A stretch of DNA of 64,000 nucleotides from contig CAYXUD010000042.1 of NCBI GenBank assembly GCA_964467775.1, positions 19,172 through 83,171 on the forward strand, in the 5' to 3' direction. Positions 8,627 to 17,792 of the stretch are shown here, piece by piece. This DNA comes from an uncultured Bacteroides sp. (GTDB lineage: Bacteria > Bacteroidota > Bacteroidia > Bacteroidales > GCA-2748055). The notes beneath the pieces were generated by a model, which saw nothing but the letters and a program-made list of their open reading frames with translations, had not been told where the DNA came from and did not search any database. A program made the position numbers and the translations under genes. The stretch's first letter is position 1; the number at the start of each line of letters is the position of its first letter.

Positions 8627-10241
8627 AGTTCTCCTTTTTTTCAAAGATCCTCTGCACTTCATCTCCCCCTCCCGGTTCGTCCCCCACATCACCGGGTTCG
8701 CAGAACCAGATCAGCTTCCCTGTTCTGTTGAGCCCGGAAGGTACAAACCGTGCTGCCGGATGAGTGGCCATGAAGCGCTCCAGCATCACCGACTGCAGGC
8801 TGTCGACCATCTCCGAGTACTCCTGCCTGTAGGCCAGGTTGGTGGTCTCCCCCGGGTCCCTTTCCAGGTCATAGAGCATGTGCACCACCCCGGAGGGGCC
8901 GAAGCCCGTGGCATATCCCAGTCCCAGGTCCCGTTTCCCGGTGGTGAAAACATATTTCCATCTCCTCGATGCCACCATGGCCATGTTGTCCTCCAGGTAC
9001 TCCGCAAAGGCATATTCCCTGACCGGTCCCTCCTCTCCCGTCAGGCAGGGGACCAGGCTCTGGCCCTGGAGCGCACTGTGCGGTTCGATCCCCATAGCTT
9101 CAAACAGGGTGGGTGCCAGGTCTATGAATTCGACCACCTCCTCCACCACAGTGCCGCTTCGAAGGTTATTCCCCTTTACAATCAGGGGTGCCTTGATGGA
9201 TTCGGCCCACATGGTATGCTTCTCGAAGCGGCCGTGCTCGTTGAGCAGGTAGCCCTGGTCTGACAGGTAGACGACCAGCGTTTGCTGGTCCAGCCCGGAA
9301 GCCTCCAGTTCATCCATGATCAGTCCCACGTTTTTGTCCATGTACTCCACCGAAGTGTAATAGGAGGCCACGATACCGCGCTTCTCCTGCTCGGTCAGGT
9401 CCCTGAAGATCTCCGGAACCCAGCGCCGGTCTTCAGCTCCCCCCTCCGGCAAAGGCACCTTTCCGGGATCGTAACTGCCGGCATATTCAACCGGAAAGCT
9501 GAAGGGTGCATGGGGCTCATGAAAGGCCACCCAGAGGAAGAACCGGCCATCCTTATGGTTGCGGATGAAATCAATTGCCCTTCCGGCCAGGAAGGTGCCC
9601 TGGCTCTCCCCGTCATGGTAAGGGACCGGCAGCATCTGTGCATTTTTCTGCCACGCGATGTCATTCTCATGGGGGGTATTGGCCCGGGTGGGGATGGTGC
9701 CGGGGATCGGTAAGGGAGGATTTGCCTCCAGTTGGCTCTGCCAGTCAGCCCCCGTAACGATGGTATCGAACCCGAAGTGGGGCCACTGATCCCAGTAGTT
9801 CCAGTAGATCCAGTCATTCCAGTGGGTCTTCCCCATGATCGCGGTGGCTATGCCATGGGCCTGCATATGCTCGGCCACCGTATAGTTCATCTCGTCGTTG
9901 AAGGGGGTGAAGAGCAGGTTCACCCCGGAGGCATGGGGATATTTGCCGGTCAGCATGGATTGCCGGGACCCCGAACAGATCGGGGTATTGGCATAGGCGT
10001 TTGTGAACCTGATCCCTTCAGCGGCGATCCGGTCGATGTTGGGGGTCCGTATGCAGGGATTCCCGTAACACCCGGCGGCCTTGAAAGTGTGGTCATCGGA
10101 AACAATCACCACCACATTCCGGAACCGGGGCCCGGATGCGGGTTTATCCTGGCATGAATGGATCAGCAGCACTGGCAGCAGGATCCACGCTGCCGCAAAT
10201 CTCATTACTCTTTCGTTCATCCTCTCCATATTCCTGAACAT
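8619..10241 (-). CDS. S1-family Cys-type sulfatase, lipoprotein
   Basis: 540-aa ORF with ATG at 10241; internal ATGs at codons 5, 8 and 13 are alternative starts. Lipobox: LLIHSCQD. Sulfatase blocks: RNVVVIVSDDHTFKAAGCYG, TPICSGSRQSMLTGKYPH, VVYLSDQGY. Confidence 0.88.
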   Translation of the reverse strand: MFRNMERMNERVMRFAAAWILLPVLLIHSCQDKPASGPRFRNVVVIVSDDHTFKAAGCYGNPCIRTPNIDRIAAEGIRFTNAYANTPICSGSRQSMLTGKYPHASGVNLLFTPFNDEMNYTVAEHMQAHGIATAIMGKTHWNDWIYWNYWDQWPHFGFDTIVTGADWQSQLEANPPLPIPGTIPTRANTPHENDIAWQKNAQMLPVPYHDGESQGTFLAGRAIDFIRNHKDGRFFLWVAFHEPHAPFSFPVEYAGSYDPGKVPLPEGGAEDRRWVPEIFRDLTEQEKRGIVASYYTSVEYMDKNVGLIMDELEASGLDQQTLVVYLSDQGYLLNEHGRFEKHTMWAESIKAPLIVKGNNLRSGTVVEEVVEFIDLAPTLFEAMGIEPHSALQGQSLVPCLTGEEGPVREYAFAEYLEDNMAMVASRRWKYVFTTGKRDLGLGYATGFGPSGVVHMLYDLERDPGETTNLAYRQEYSEMVDSLQSVMLERFMATHPAARFVPSGLNRTGKLIWFCEPGDVGDEPGGGDEVQRIFEKKENYE

Positions 10242-10242
10242 T

Positions 10243-12645
10243 TCAGATTTTTACAATGAAGATGCCACGGCCTTCAAACTCGAGGAAGGTCAGGTCATCC
10301 ATGGTGGTCACCTCTGCACCGATCACCTCCCCGGATCCATTCCGTATCACCACCTCCCGGTCGAGGCCCTTGAAGGTGAGTACATTCTTCCCGAATGCCT
10401 CCACCCGGTAGGCACCCCCCTCCACACTCAGCAACTTCACCGTGGAGGAGGCCAGGACCGGAACGGCAGGTCCCGGGTGTCCCATCCTGACAACGATCCG
10501 GTTCTCCCCATTCCTCACAAGGAGATCGGGAACCTGGTAGCTTCCTTCCAGCGGCTGGCCGTTGACCAGGATCTCCGTCAGGGATCCCTCTCCCTCGAAA
10601 CTGATATCAATCTCTCCCTTCTGGTACACGTAGTTTTCAATGCCTTCCAGGTACCTGGTGGGCCGGAGGGCGATGCCGAACGGAAGCCGCCGTACACCCA
10701 GGTTGGAGATGGCCGACATCCAGGGAGCGATGGAGTAGACCAGGGGCCTTACATCATGGAAGGGGTCGCCATCCTCAATGTTGATCAGCTCAGGGACCGA
10801 GTAGGGCATCGGGAGGTACCTGCCGGGCCGGACACTTTCGGGCACCAGTTGCTCCAGTGCGGCCATGATCCTCTCCTCACCGTGGATCAGGGGATCCATG
10901 GAGGTGAGCATGGCGTTGTATACGCAGATGAAATAGCGCGATCCGGTGGTGGTCATATCGGTGGTCACCTGTTCGCGAAGCGCCCTGTACTCCCCGGGAA
11001 GTGTCGGGGTGAAGGGAGGCACCGACAGGCCCCACACATAATCCCAGATATCCAGCCCGTAAGGCTCTGCCGGAACCATCTCCCCCATATCAGACTGCAG
11101 GTCACCATAGCTGGGCAGGGACTCCCCGGTATGGTAGAACTTCACAAGACTTTTTTCAAGGCCTGTGGCTTTCCTGAGATAGAGCTCAGCCTCCTTCCCT
11201 TCGCTCATGGCGGAGAGCATGATGTAGTTGGCATAGTTGAGCAGGTTGATGTAAAGGTCATAGGAGCGTACGATCCGGTGGCCTTTGTACATCACGCCTA
11301 TGGTCCCGGTAGGGGCCCCGGTGGCGTTGTCCCATCCGTCATCCCTCGAATCGCTGAGCGGGGTTTCGCAATAGTAGTAACGGCCGAAGAGTCCCAGCTC
11401 CTCATCAAAACAGTAATCTTCAAGCCAGCGCATGGCCTCTTTGGCTGTTTCCAGGAGCCCCTCCCTGATCATGCTGTCATCCCCGGTCTGGGTCCAGTAG
11501 GTAAATGCAGGCCAGAGTACGTAGAACAGCCCGTCCTCCTCCCACTTGGTAATGGGTCCGCCCATCACCTGCCCGAAGAATTTTCCTTCCGGGGGAAATA
11601 TGGTCGTATTCGGATTCATAAGTGCGAAGCGGGCCTGGTCGCAGGCCGGTTCGATCCATCCCGAATAACCCAGATGAGCTGTATTCATACCCCCGTCCCG
11701 GTACCACAGCAGGTAGTAGATATACTGGTTGGTGGAGCGCATGAAACCATCGAAATCCTGCATGGAGAGGGCCACCCTGCGGCTGATGTCCATCAGCTTC
11801 TGCATTTCAGTGTGACCCTTCAGACGGAACAGGCCAGTGCTCAGATCCCGGGCGATCAGTTCCTCATTTCGCTCCAGGATCGCCTGCAACTGTGTGCGTG
11901 AGATCTCCCACACCTTTTTTCTGATCATCTCCTTTTCCAGCTCGGACCCGATTACAAGGAACTGGCCGGGTTCGAGGTGCGCCCGTACATAGGAGCTCCT
12001 GCCCTGGTCGCCTACAGGCATGTATTGGAAAATGCCCGGTCCGTCCGAAATGGCAGCGGCAGATTGAAAGTCCCGGCCACGATCAGTGAATCCGACGTAG
12101 AACTGGTATGGTTGCTTCATCACGCTGTGTCCATAGGACTTGAAGTCCACAGCCCCGGACCGTTCGAACCAGACCAGTACCATGGGCTGGTCATACACCT
12201 GTGCCAGGTGCAGGACCTGGTCCCCGAAACAGAGCCTGCTGTGGAAAGGATCCCACCGGCAGCTGTCGAACCGTGCAAGGTCCAGTCCCGGGATCAGGAT
12301 CCTGTCAAACACGCAGGTATGGTCGTCCCTGTTCGACCAGTTGCGGTCCGCGTATGACATCGATCTGCCCGCCTGGGGGCTGATCCAGAGCTGCAGGTTG
12401 CTGCGGTCCACGCAATATTCAATGCGCACACCCATCCGGTTCTGCATCAGGATAAATGTCTCCGGATACCCCACCCCGTATTGGGAAGCATTGATGGCGA
12501 GCGTCGATTCACTGGCCTCATCGGATGTGCGGTCCACCGACTTTGCCCCCTTCCCTGAATCGCCGGCGGGGGATGTGCATCCCGTCAGGATCCCCAGGGC
12601 AGGAAGGATGACCCCCACGCATAAGAACTGGTGAAGTCTATACAT
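10243..12645 (-). CDS. Lipoprotein of unknown family; candidate alpha/alpha-6-barrel glycoside hydrolase
   Basis: 800-aa ORF with ATG at 12645. Lipobox: LGILTGCTSP. Motifs reminiscent of GH15/GH37/GH63-type barrels: YYLLWYRDGGMNTAHLGY, LWPAFTYWTQTGDD, SDSRDDGWDNATGAP. There is a beta-rich C-terminal region. The stop lies 1 nt from the next start. Confidence 0.5.
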   Translation of the reverse strand: MYRLHQFLCVGVILPALGILTGCTSPAGDSGKGAKSVDRTSDEASESTLAINASQYGVGYPETFILMQNRMGVRIEYCVDRSNLQLWISPQAGRSMSYADRNWSNRDDHTCVFDRILIPGLDLARFDSCRWDPFHSRLCFGDQVLHLAQVYDQPMVLVWFERSGAVDFKSYGHSVMKQPYQFYVGFTDRGRDFQSAAAISDGPGIFQYMPVGDQGRSSYVRAHLEPGQFLVIGSELEKEMIRKKVWEISRTQLQAILERNEELIARDLSTGLFRLKGHTEMQKLMDISRRVALSMQDFDGFMRSTNQYIYYLLWYRDGGMNTAHLGYSGWIEPACDQARFALMNPNTTIFPPEGKFFGQVMGGPITKWEEDGLFYVLWPAFTYWTQTGDDSMIREGLLETAKEAMRWLEDYCFDEELGLFGRYYYCETPLSDSRDDGWDNATGAPTGTIGVMYKGHRIVRSYDLYINLLNYANYIMLSAMSEGKEAELYLRKATGLEKSLVKFYHTGESLPSYGDLQSDMGEMVPAEPYGLDIWDYVWGLSVPPFTPTLPGEYRALREQVTTDMTTTGSRYFICVYNAMLTSMDPLIHGEERIMAALEQLVPESVRPGRYLPMPYSVPELINIEDGDPFHDVRPLVYSIAPWMSAISNLGVRRLPFGIALRPTRYLEGIENYVYQKGEIDISFEGEGSLTEILVNGQPLEGSYQVPDLLVRNGENRIVVRMGHPGPAVPVLASSTVKLLSVEGGAYRVEAFGKNVLTFKGLDREVVIRNGSGEVIGAEVTTMDDLTFLEFEGRGIFIVKI

Positions 12646-12647
12646 CC

Positions 12648-15254
12648 TTAAATGAGAATTATAACTAACTGGTTTATTGCTGTTTGAATATCCCGGACCG
12701 CCAGGTACCGGGCCGATCCTCTTTCAGATATCTGGTACTTCACATCTGTGCCATTGATCCTCACACCGCCGACCTCCCTGCCCGCAGGCAGCATGACCTC
12801 CAGCTCTGAATGGTCCAGGCTGCCGGTATAATCCAGCTTCAGGGTGTTCCCCCGGAGCAGGTAACGGTAGGAGAGGTATCCGTCCGATGCAGGGTATTTG
12901 ACGGTCACCTTTGCCTCCTTTTCGCCCGCAGCAGTCCAGCGGGGAGAAAGCAGGGCCCGGTTAAAGGCCACACCGGTATCCTTCACACCGCACAATCCCT
13001 CCACAAGCGCATAGACCACCGCTGCAGCCCCCCAGTTGTCCGGGATCCCGGCAGAAACCAGTTCGGGCATGAAAAACACCTTCTCATCCGACAGGGTGAC
13101 GCCCAGGATGATCCACCGGGCAGTGTCACCGGCGCTCCTGAAAAGGATCTTCCCGACCCTCCTTTCCGGATGCGGGTTGTTCAATCCGTACAGGCAGACC
13201 CCCACATTCCTGCTGAGTGCGTTCTCCCCCCTCCACGCCACTTTCATTGTCGGGGTTTGCTTCCTGTCCTGCGATGCTGACGGGTACCACCAGTTGGAGA
13301 TCTTTCCCGGGCCGATATGGTCCAGGTATGAGGTTCCGTCTTCATACTGCAAAGTGATGCTCCCCACATAATAGGGCCTGTTGGTTGCATGCAGGAAATA
13401 GACGGATGCTGCCCTGCTGTTCACCTCAAGAGCCGCCTCCGCGGCGTAGGGTTCATCCCCGGAAAGTCCGAGGCAGGCCTTCCTTCCGTTCTCCGCGGGA
13501 TCGGTGATCTCGAACGGGATCTCATGGAAAACCTGCCTGCCGGTGGGGAACTCATGCAGGTCATTCTCCCCTTCCCCGGTCCACCCGGCCACACCTTCCA
13601 CACTATTCCCGCTGGTGTCGGTATTGGCAATAGCGGAGAGTGAGAGGGTTGTGAAACTGCGTTCAGGAGCAGGCTCCATGGCTCCCCGGTAGGTACAGTG
13701 CAAAAATCCACCGGTCCTGCCGGAGAGATCCAGCAGCCGGTTCAGGATCTCCACGCCGTAGGATTCAAAACCGTGCTCGAAAGCCCCGTGTGCCAGTTCC
13801 CCGGCCACAATGGTGGTCACTCCCCCGTTCATATAGGACCACATGGCGTTGTGTCCACCGTAACCTTTGCCAAAAGGCGGGAAAATGGTGTACCACTCCC
13901 CCGGGGAGGTGGAGGGCATCCTTTTCCTCAGCCCCTGGTAGGCCCTGATGATGGCGGCGGCTTTGTCCCTTTCCAGGAACCGGTTCAGTGAATAGGCATT
14001 GGAGAGGGAGAGCTGTTCCTTCTCATCCACCCCGAGGTCCCTTGTCACGTCAGGGTCTTCGGGCACATGGTGCGTATAGAACCGCCCGTTCCAGGACAGA
14101 GCATCGAGCCGCTGCTTGATCCCCTCCCCGGTCTCACGAATTCTTGCCGCCTCCTCGTCGCGCCCTGCGTACTCCAGCATCTCTGCCAGGTAGCGGCAGC
14201 CGGCGTACATGCCCGTATTGTCACCGAACATCACCCCGAAGCGGGTATAGGGGAGCCTGATCACCATGGGATCTCCGGGATGGCCGGGACCTGCGGAGAT
14301 CCCGGCATCCTCATCGTTCTGGAAATCCCAGGTATCAATGGTATACCCGCGCTTCAGCAACCGGTATCTCTCCGACCAGCGGTAGGGATCGGTGGTACTG
14401 TATCCGACCGCCTTCAGGGCGTGGTCCAGCAGGCCCTCCATCCAGGGGTCATCACCGCTGGCCTTCCAGGTATAGTAGATCCCCTCGATGAAAAGGTACT
14501 CCACATCATTTTCCACCGGGATCCTCCTGAATTCCTGCTTTCCATCATCCACCACCCTTACAAAACCGCCATCATCGAAGCGCTGTTCCCAGTAATCACC
14601 CTCCGGGGGGCGCTTGTTGTAATTATCCCAGATCATCCCGTCCTCCCGCTGGCTCTCCGCATAGAGGTCAATCCCCGATTTCAGTTCCGGGTAGAAGTAC
14701 TTCATCCCCTTCAGGGTGTGGACATGGTCCCGGATCCAGCTGACGAAATGGTGGTAGAACTTGCCGTTATAGCGAACCACACTCGATTCCCTCTCCGCTT
14801 GGTTGGTCATGGTGTAGTAAAGGACGTCGAGCAGCTTTTTATATCTGCCTGCTGAATCGCTGATGGAGGTCTTACAATCCACTCTGAATGTGGCAAAATC
14901 GAGCGGGCGGCCCTTCTTGTCATAGAGGACCACCAGATGATAACCCAGTGCTCCCCCTGTGGTGAGGGCCAAAGCATCCTCCAGCTCACCGGACCAATAC
15001 TCCCGGTTCTTCCCGTCAAACAGGCGGATGGTGCCGGGCTGGCCCGATCTGATCTTCAGGATCTGAAGCGGTTTGAAGATCCGGCCTGCGGGTTCAGGTT
15101 CCAGAAGAAGGATAGACCCGTTCCCTCCGGGAACAGAGGTCCGGAGCCACTCAACGGCGGCTGCAGCCGGCAGGGAGCCCGCAGCAGCGATACCTCCCAG
15201 AAGTGAGAATTTCTTCAGGAAACGGCGGCGGTTTTCATGGTTGGTGGAGATCAT
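12648..15254 (-). CDS. TAT-exported protein of unknown family; candidate alpha/alpha-6-barrel (GDE_C/trehalase-like) glycoside hydrolase with a C-terminal beta-sandwich
   Basis: The track ORF starts at 15284 on TTG. I prefer ATG 15254, giving MISTNHENRRRFLKKFSLLGGIAAAGSLPAAAA (twin-arginine signal). Barrel-like motifs: WIRDHVHTLKG, PVENDVEYLFIEG, YTIDTWDFQ, LSLSNAYSLN, WYTIFPPF, WSYMNGGVTTIVAGELAHG. Confidence 0.5.
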   Translation of the reverse strand: MISTNHENRRRFLKKFSLLGGIAAAGSLPAAAAVEWLRTSVPGGNGSILLLEPEPAGRIFKPLQILKIRSGQPGTIRLFDGKNREYWSGELEDALALTTGGALGYHLVVLYDKKGRPLDFATFRVDCKTSISDSAGRYKKLLDVLYYTMTNQAERESSVVRYNGKFYHHFVSWIRDHVHTLKGMKYFYPELKSGIDLYAESQREDGMIWDNYNKRPPEGDYWEQRFDDGGFVRVVDDGKQEFRRIPVENDVEYLFIEGIYYTWKASGDDPWMEGLLDHALKAVGYSTTDPYRWSERYRLLKRGYTIDTWDFQNDEDAGISAGPGHPGDPMVIRLPYTRFGVMFGDNTGMYAGCRYLAEMLEYAGRDEEAARIRETGEGIKQRLDALSWNGRFYTHHVPEDPDVTRDLGVDEKEQLSLSNAYSLNRFLERDKAAAIIRAYQGLRKRMPSTSPGEWYTIFPPFGKGYGGHNAMWSYMNGGVTTIVAGELAHGAFEHGFESYGVEILNRLLDLSGRTGGFLHCTYRGAMEPAPERSFTTLSLSAIANTDTSGNSVEGVAGWTGEGENDLHEFPTGRQVFHEIPFEITDPAENGRKACLGLSGDEPYAAEAALEVNSRAASVYFLHATNRPYYVGSITLQYEDGTSYLDHIGPGKISNWWYPSASQDRKQTPTMKVAWRGENALSRNVGVCLYGLNNPHPERRVGKILFRSAGDTARWIILGVTLSDEKVFFMPELVSAGIPDNWGAAAVVYALVEGLCGVKDTGVAFNRALLSPRWTAAGEKEAKVTVKYPASDGYLSYRYLLRGNTLKLDYTGSLDHSELEVMLPAGREVGGVRINGTDVKYQISERGSARYLAVRDIQTAINQLVIILI

Positions 15255-15369
15255 GTTGGTGAAGGTATGTGGGTTTGACACCAAAGATACACCATTGACA
15301 GGAAGCGGATACTCCCTATTTTCGCAGAAGGGATCAGTATTTTAAACGGATGGCGCTAAATCCCCGGTC

Positions 15370-16287
15370 TCACGGTTGCAGGTACCTGATCCAGTCAATG
15401 ACACGGTCAGGCCAGGTGGCGAGGTGCCCTTTACCGATGGCCAGTGAGTAGCCATGCCCCCCGTAGGGATAAATATGCAGTTCAGCAGGGATCTGGTTTG
15501 CCCTGAGGGCCTCAAAATAGAGGATGCTGTTTCCCACCGGCACCCCCGTGTCATCGTTAGAGTGGATCAGTATGGCAGGCGGTGTCTGCTCCGTGACCTG
15601 CAGCTCATTGGAGTAGTACCTCACCAGCTCTTCATCGGGCGCTTCACCCAGCAGTGCCCTCCTCGAACCCGAGTGGGCACATTCACCGGTAAAGGAGATC
15701 ACCGGGTATACGAGGACAGAGAAATCAGGCCGGCAGCTTGCACGCTCCACCGGGTCGGAACTGGACGGGTTGCCCGGATCAAAATGGGTGGAAAGCGTTG
15801 AAGCCAGATGGCCCCCTGCGGAAAATCCCATGATCCCTATCTTCCCCGGATCCACGTTCCATTTTCCGGCGTTGGACCTGACCAGGCGCATGGCACGCTG
15901 GGCATCCATCAGGGGTGATCGATGCGGAATGATGTTGCTTTTCGAACCCGGCAGGCGGTATTTCAGGACAAAAGCTGCAATCCCTTTCGAGTTCAGCCAG
16001 CGGGCAATGTCACTCCCTTCCCAGTCGTAGGCAAGGACCCGATAACCGCCTCCCGGACAGACCACCACCGCCTGGCCGGTGGCATTCCTCTTCGAGGGAA
16101 TGTATACGGCCAGGTCGGGCTTCCGGACACTCCTCACCACTAAAATATCGGAGGTATCCCAGACGGTGACCTCTCCCGTCTCCCTGTAATTGGGGGGGTC
16201 ATCTTCCCACAACGGCAGAACCTGGTTCTGGGCCATGCAGGATGCAGCCATGAGGGCTGTCAGCAGGCAGAATAGTAGTTTTTTCAT
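15370..16287 (-). CDS. Alpha/beta-hydrolase carbohydrate esterase (BD-FAE / lipase-esterase fold-3 type)
   Basis: 305-aa ORF with a signal peptide. Oxyanion-region block VVCPGGGY, nucleophile elbow GFSAGGHLAS, C-terminal HIYPYGGHGYS. Confidence 0.8.
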   Translation of the reverse strand: MKKLLFCLLTALMAASCMAQNQVLPLWEDDPPNYRETGEVTVWDTSDILVVRSVRKPDLAVYIPSKRNATGQAVVVCPGGGYRVLAYDWEGSDIARWLNSKGIAAFVLKYRLPGSKSNIIPHRSPLMDAQRAMRLVRSNAGKWNVDPGKIGIMGFSAGGHLASTLSTHFDPGNPSSSDPVERASCRPDFSVLVYPVISFTGECAHSGSRRALLGEAPDEELVRYYSNELQVTEQTPPAILIHSNDDTGVPVGNSILYFEALRANQIPAELHIYPYGGHGYSLAIGKGHLATWPDRVIDWIRYLQP

Positions 16288-16303
16288 GTGTGCGGTGATA
16301 TTT

Positions 16304-17791
16304 TTATGCTGGTTTTCTGATCATCAGCGCTGCCTTGTTCACGGCAAAGGGAGAGCCAATCGAAGCTCCCCCGCCCAGGGAGCGCTTTTCTGACTTCCTC
16401 TCCCCGGACTCCACGTTGATCCAGGTCACTTCGTATACAGCGGCCGGAACACGGGGTGTCAACAGAGCTCCTTCAAGGTGTTCAAGAAAGAGCAGGTAGG
16501 TTTCACCCGGGAGCTGCAGTCCATATTGCTTTACACCCGGCACGGATGGTTCCAGGATGGTGTCAGAAAACTCCATCTGATGGAAGGGTACCTGCGCCAT
16601 GGTTTCCACCAGGATGGAGAGCTTCTTCCGGAACTGGGGGCCTCCCCATCCGGGATTGGTCTCCGGAATGGGCCAGTCGCCCGCTTCATGGCCTGCCGTG
16701 AAGGAGTAATCCAGGTTGTTGTACAACCCGCCTCCCGAAAGGATAAACCGCCAGGCCTGGTCAATATAGAGGTGGTCCATATGGGGCATGAAACCGGTCT
16801 CATCCAGTCCGATCACCCCCCCGATCCGGAGGTTCATCCGGACTGCTCCCGGCATGGCATAGTGGAAATTAACGATGGATACCCCGTCAGGGATCTCTTC
16901 CAGGTCAACCTGGAAATTGCAGATGTTCCGTGCGATGAGATGGGATCCGGGCAGTTTTGACTCCTCTCCGCGTATGACAGAGACAACCCATTCCTGCCAC
17001 TCCACGGCCATCCCGTTGGCCACCTCCACCTTCTTCTGCCATGGCCTGCTGAAGAGATCATCCTCCTTGTTCACGTACCCGGACAGGCAGGGATTATCCG
17101 ACCAGGGTTCGTTCTGGATCTCGAAAAAGAGATTGTCGTACCCGTTCAGCTCGCTGACTATCTTCCGTATGAACTGCTCCTGGTATTTTTTCAATCCCCC
17201 GTTATGGAGCGTGTTCACCTGCTGGAACCCGATATCACCCACACCATTCAGGTTGTTGGCACTATTGAAAGGAGAGAGGTTCCATGCACTCTCTGCATAA
17301 ATGGAGCTGAACAGCGTCACCTCCACCACAATATTGTGTTTCCCTGCCTCCTTCACAAAATCCTTCAACCGCGTGAAGTAGTCGGGATTGAACCTTCCGA
17401 GGTCATATTTCCCTCCCTCCCTGGCCCAGGGCGCCAGGTACCTTCCGGGCAGCGGTGCAAGTGTGTTCCTTTTGATCCCAAAGATATTCTCCACAGGTTC
17501 GACATAGGAACCCGTAAAGATCCTGGTGTAATTGAATCCCTCGCTTCCCAGCGTCTCCAGGTAAAGCCTGTAATCGAAATCGAGGTTCATCACAGCACCA
17601 TAGTGTTCGGCCGATGTGATCAGGACCACGGGCTCGCCCTTATACTCCAGGTAACGGGGATTGGCGGGACAGAGTCGAACGGTTGCGGGGGTTTCGGCCT
17701 CAGCCTGTCCCCCAACTGACCCCGGTGATCCCATGAATGAGACCAGGGCAAGAATGGCCAAAGCATAGATCACAGATGGAAGGCTTTTCAT
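16304..17791 (-). CDS. Clan GH-A TIM-barrel glycoside hydrolase (GH5-like), secreted
   Basis: 495-aa ORF with a signal peptide. NLFFEIQNEPWSD contains the NEP acid/base-type motif. It is a paralogue of the next gene: PANPRYLEYKGEPVVLITSAEHY versus RTHPQYWEYNGEPVLLLGGSDED, and FNPDYFTRLKDFV versus WNEEYWDRFQALL. Confidence 0.55.
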   Translation of the reverse strand: MKSLPSVIYALAILALVSFMGSPGSVGGQAEAETPATVRLCPANPRYLEYKGEPVVLITSAEHYGAVMNLDFDYRLYLETLGSEGFNYTRIFTGSYVEPVENIFGIKRNTLAPLPGRYLAPWAREGGKYDLGRFNPDYFTRLKDFVKEAGKHNIVVEVTLFSSIYAESAWNLSPFNSANNLNGVGDIGFQQVNTLHNGGLKKYQEQFIRKIVSELNGYDNLFFEIQNEPWSDNPCLSGYVNKEDDLFSRPWQKKVEVANGMAVEWQEWVVSVIRGEESKLPGSHLIARNICNFQVDLEEIPDGVSIVNFHYAMPGAVRMNLRIGGVIGLDETGFMPHMDHLYIDQAWRFILSGGGLYNNLDYSFTAGHEAGDWPIPETNPGWGGPQFRKKLSILVETMAQVPFHQMEFSDTILEPSVPGVKQYGLQLPGETYLLFLEHLEGALLTPRVPAAVYEVTWINVESGERKSEKRSLGGGASIGSPFAVNKAALMIRKPA

Positions 17792-17792
17792 C

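Noticed and set aside
10081-11901. 606-aa plus-strand ORF in the track
   Set aside because: It is entirely antisense to the well-supported lipoprotein gene at 10243-12645. Its G/H/P/R-rich, low-complexity-looking translation has no recognisable motif. This is the typical shadow ORF of a GC-rich coding strand.
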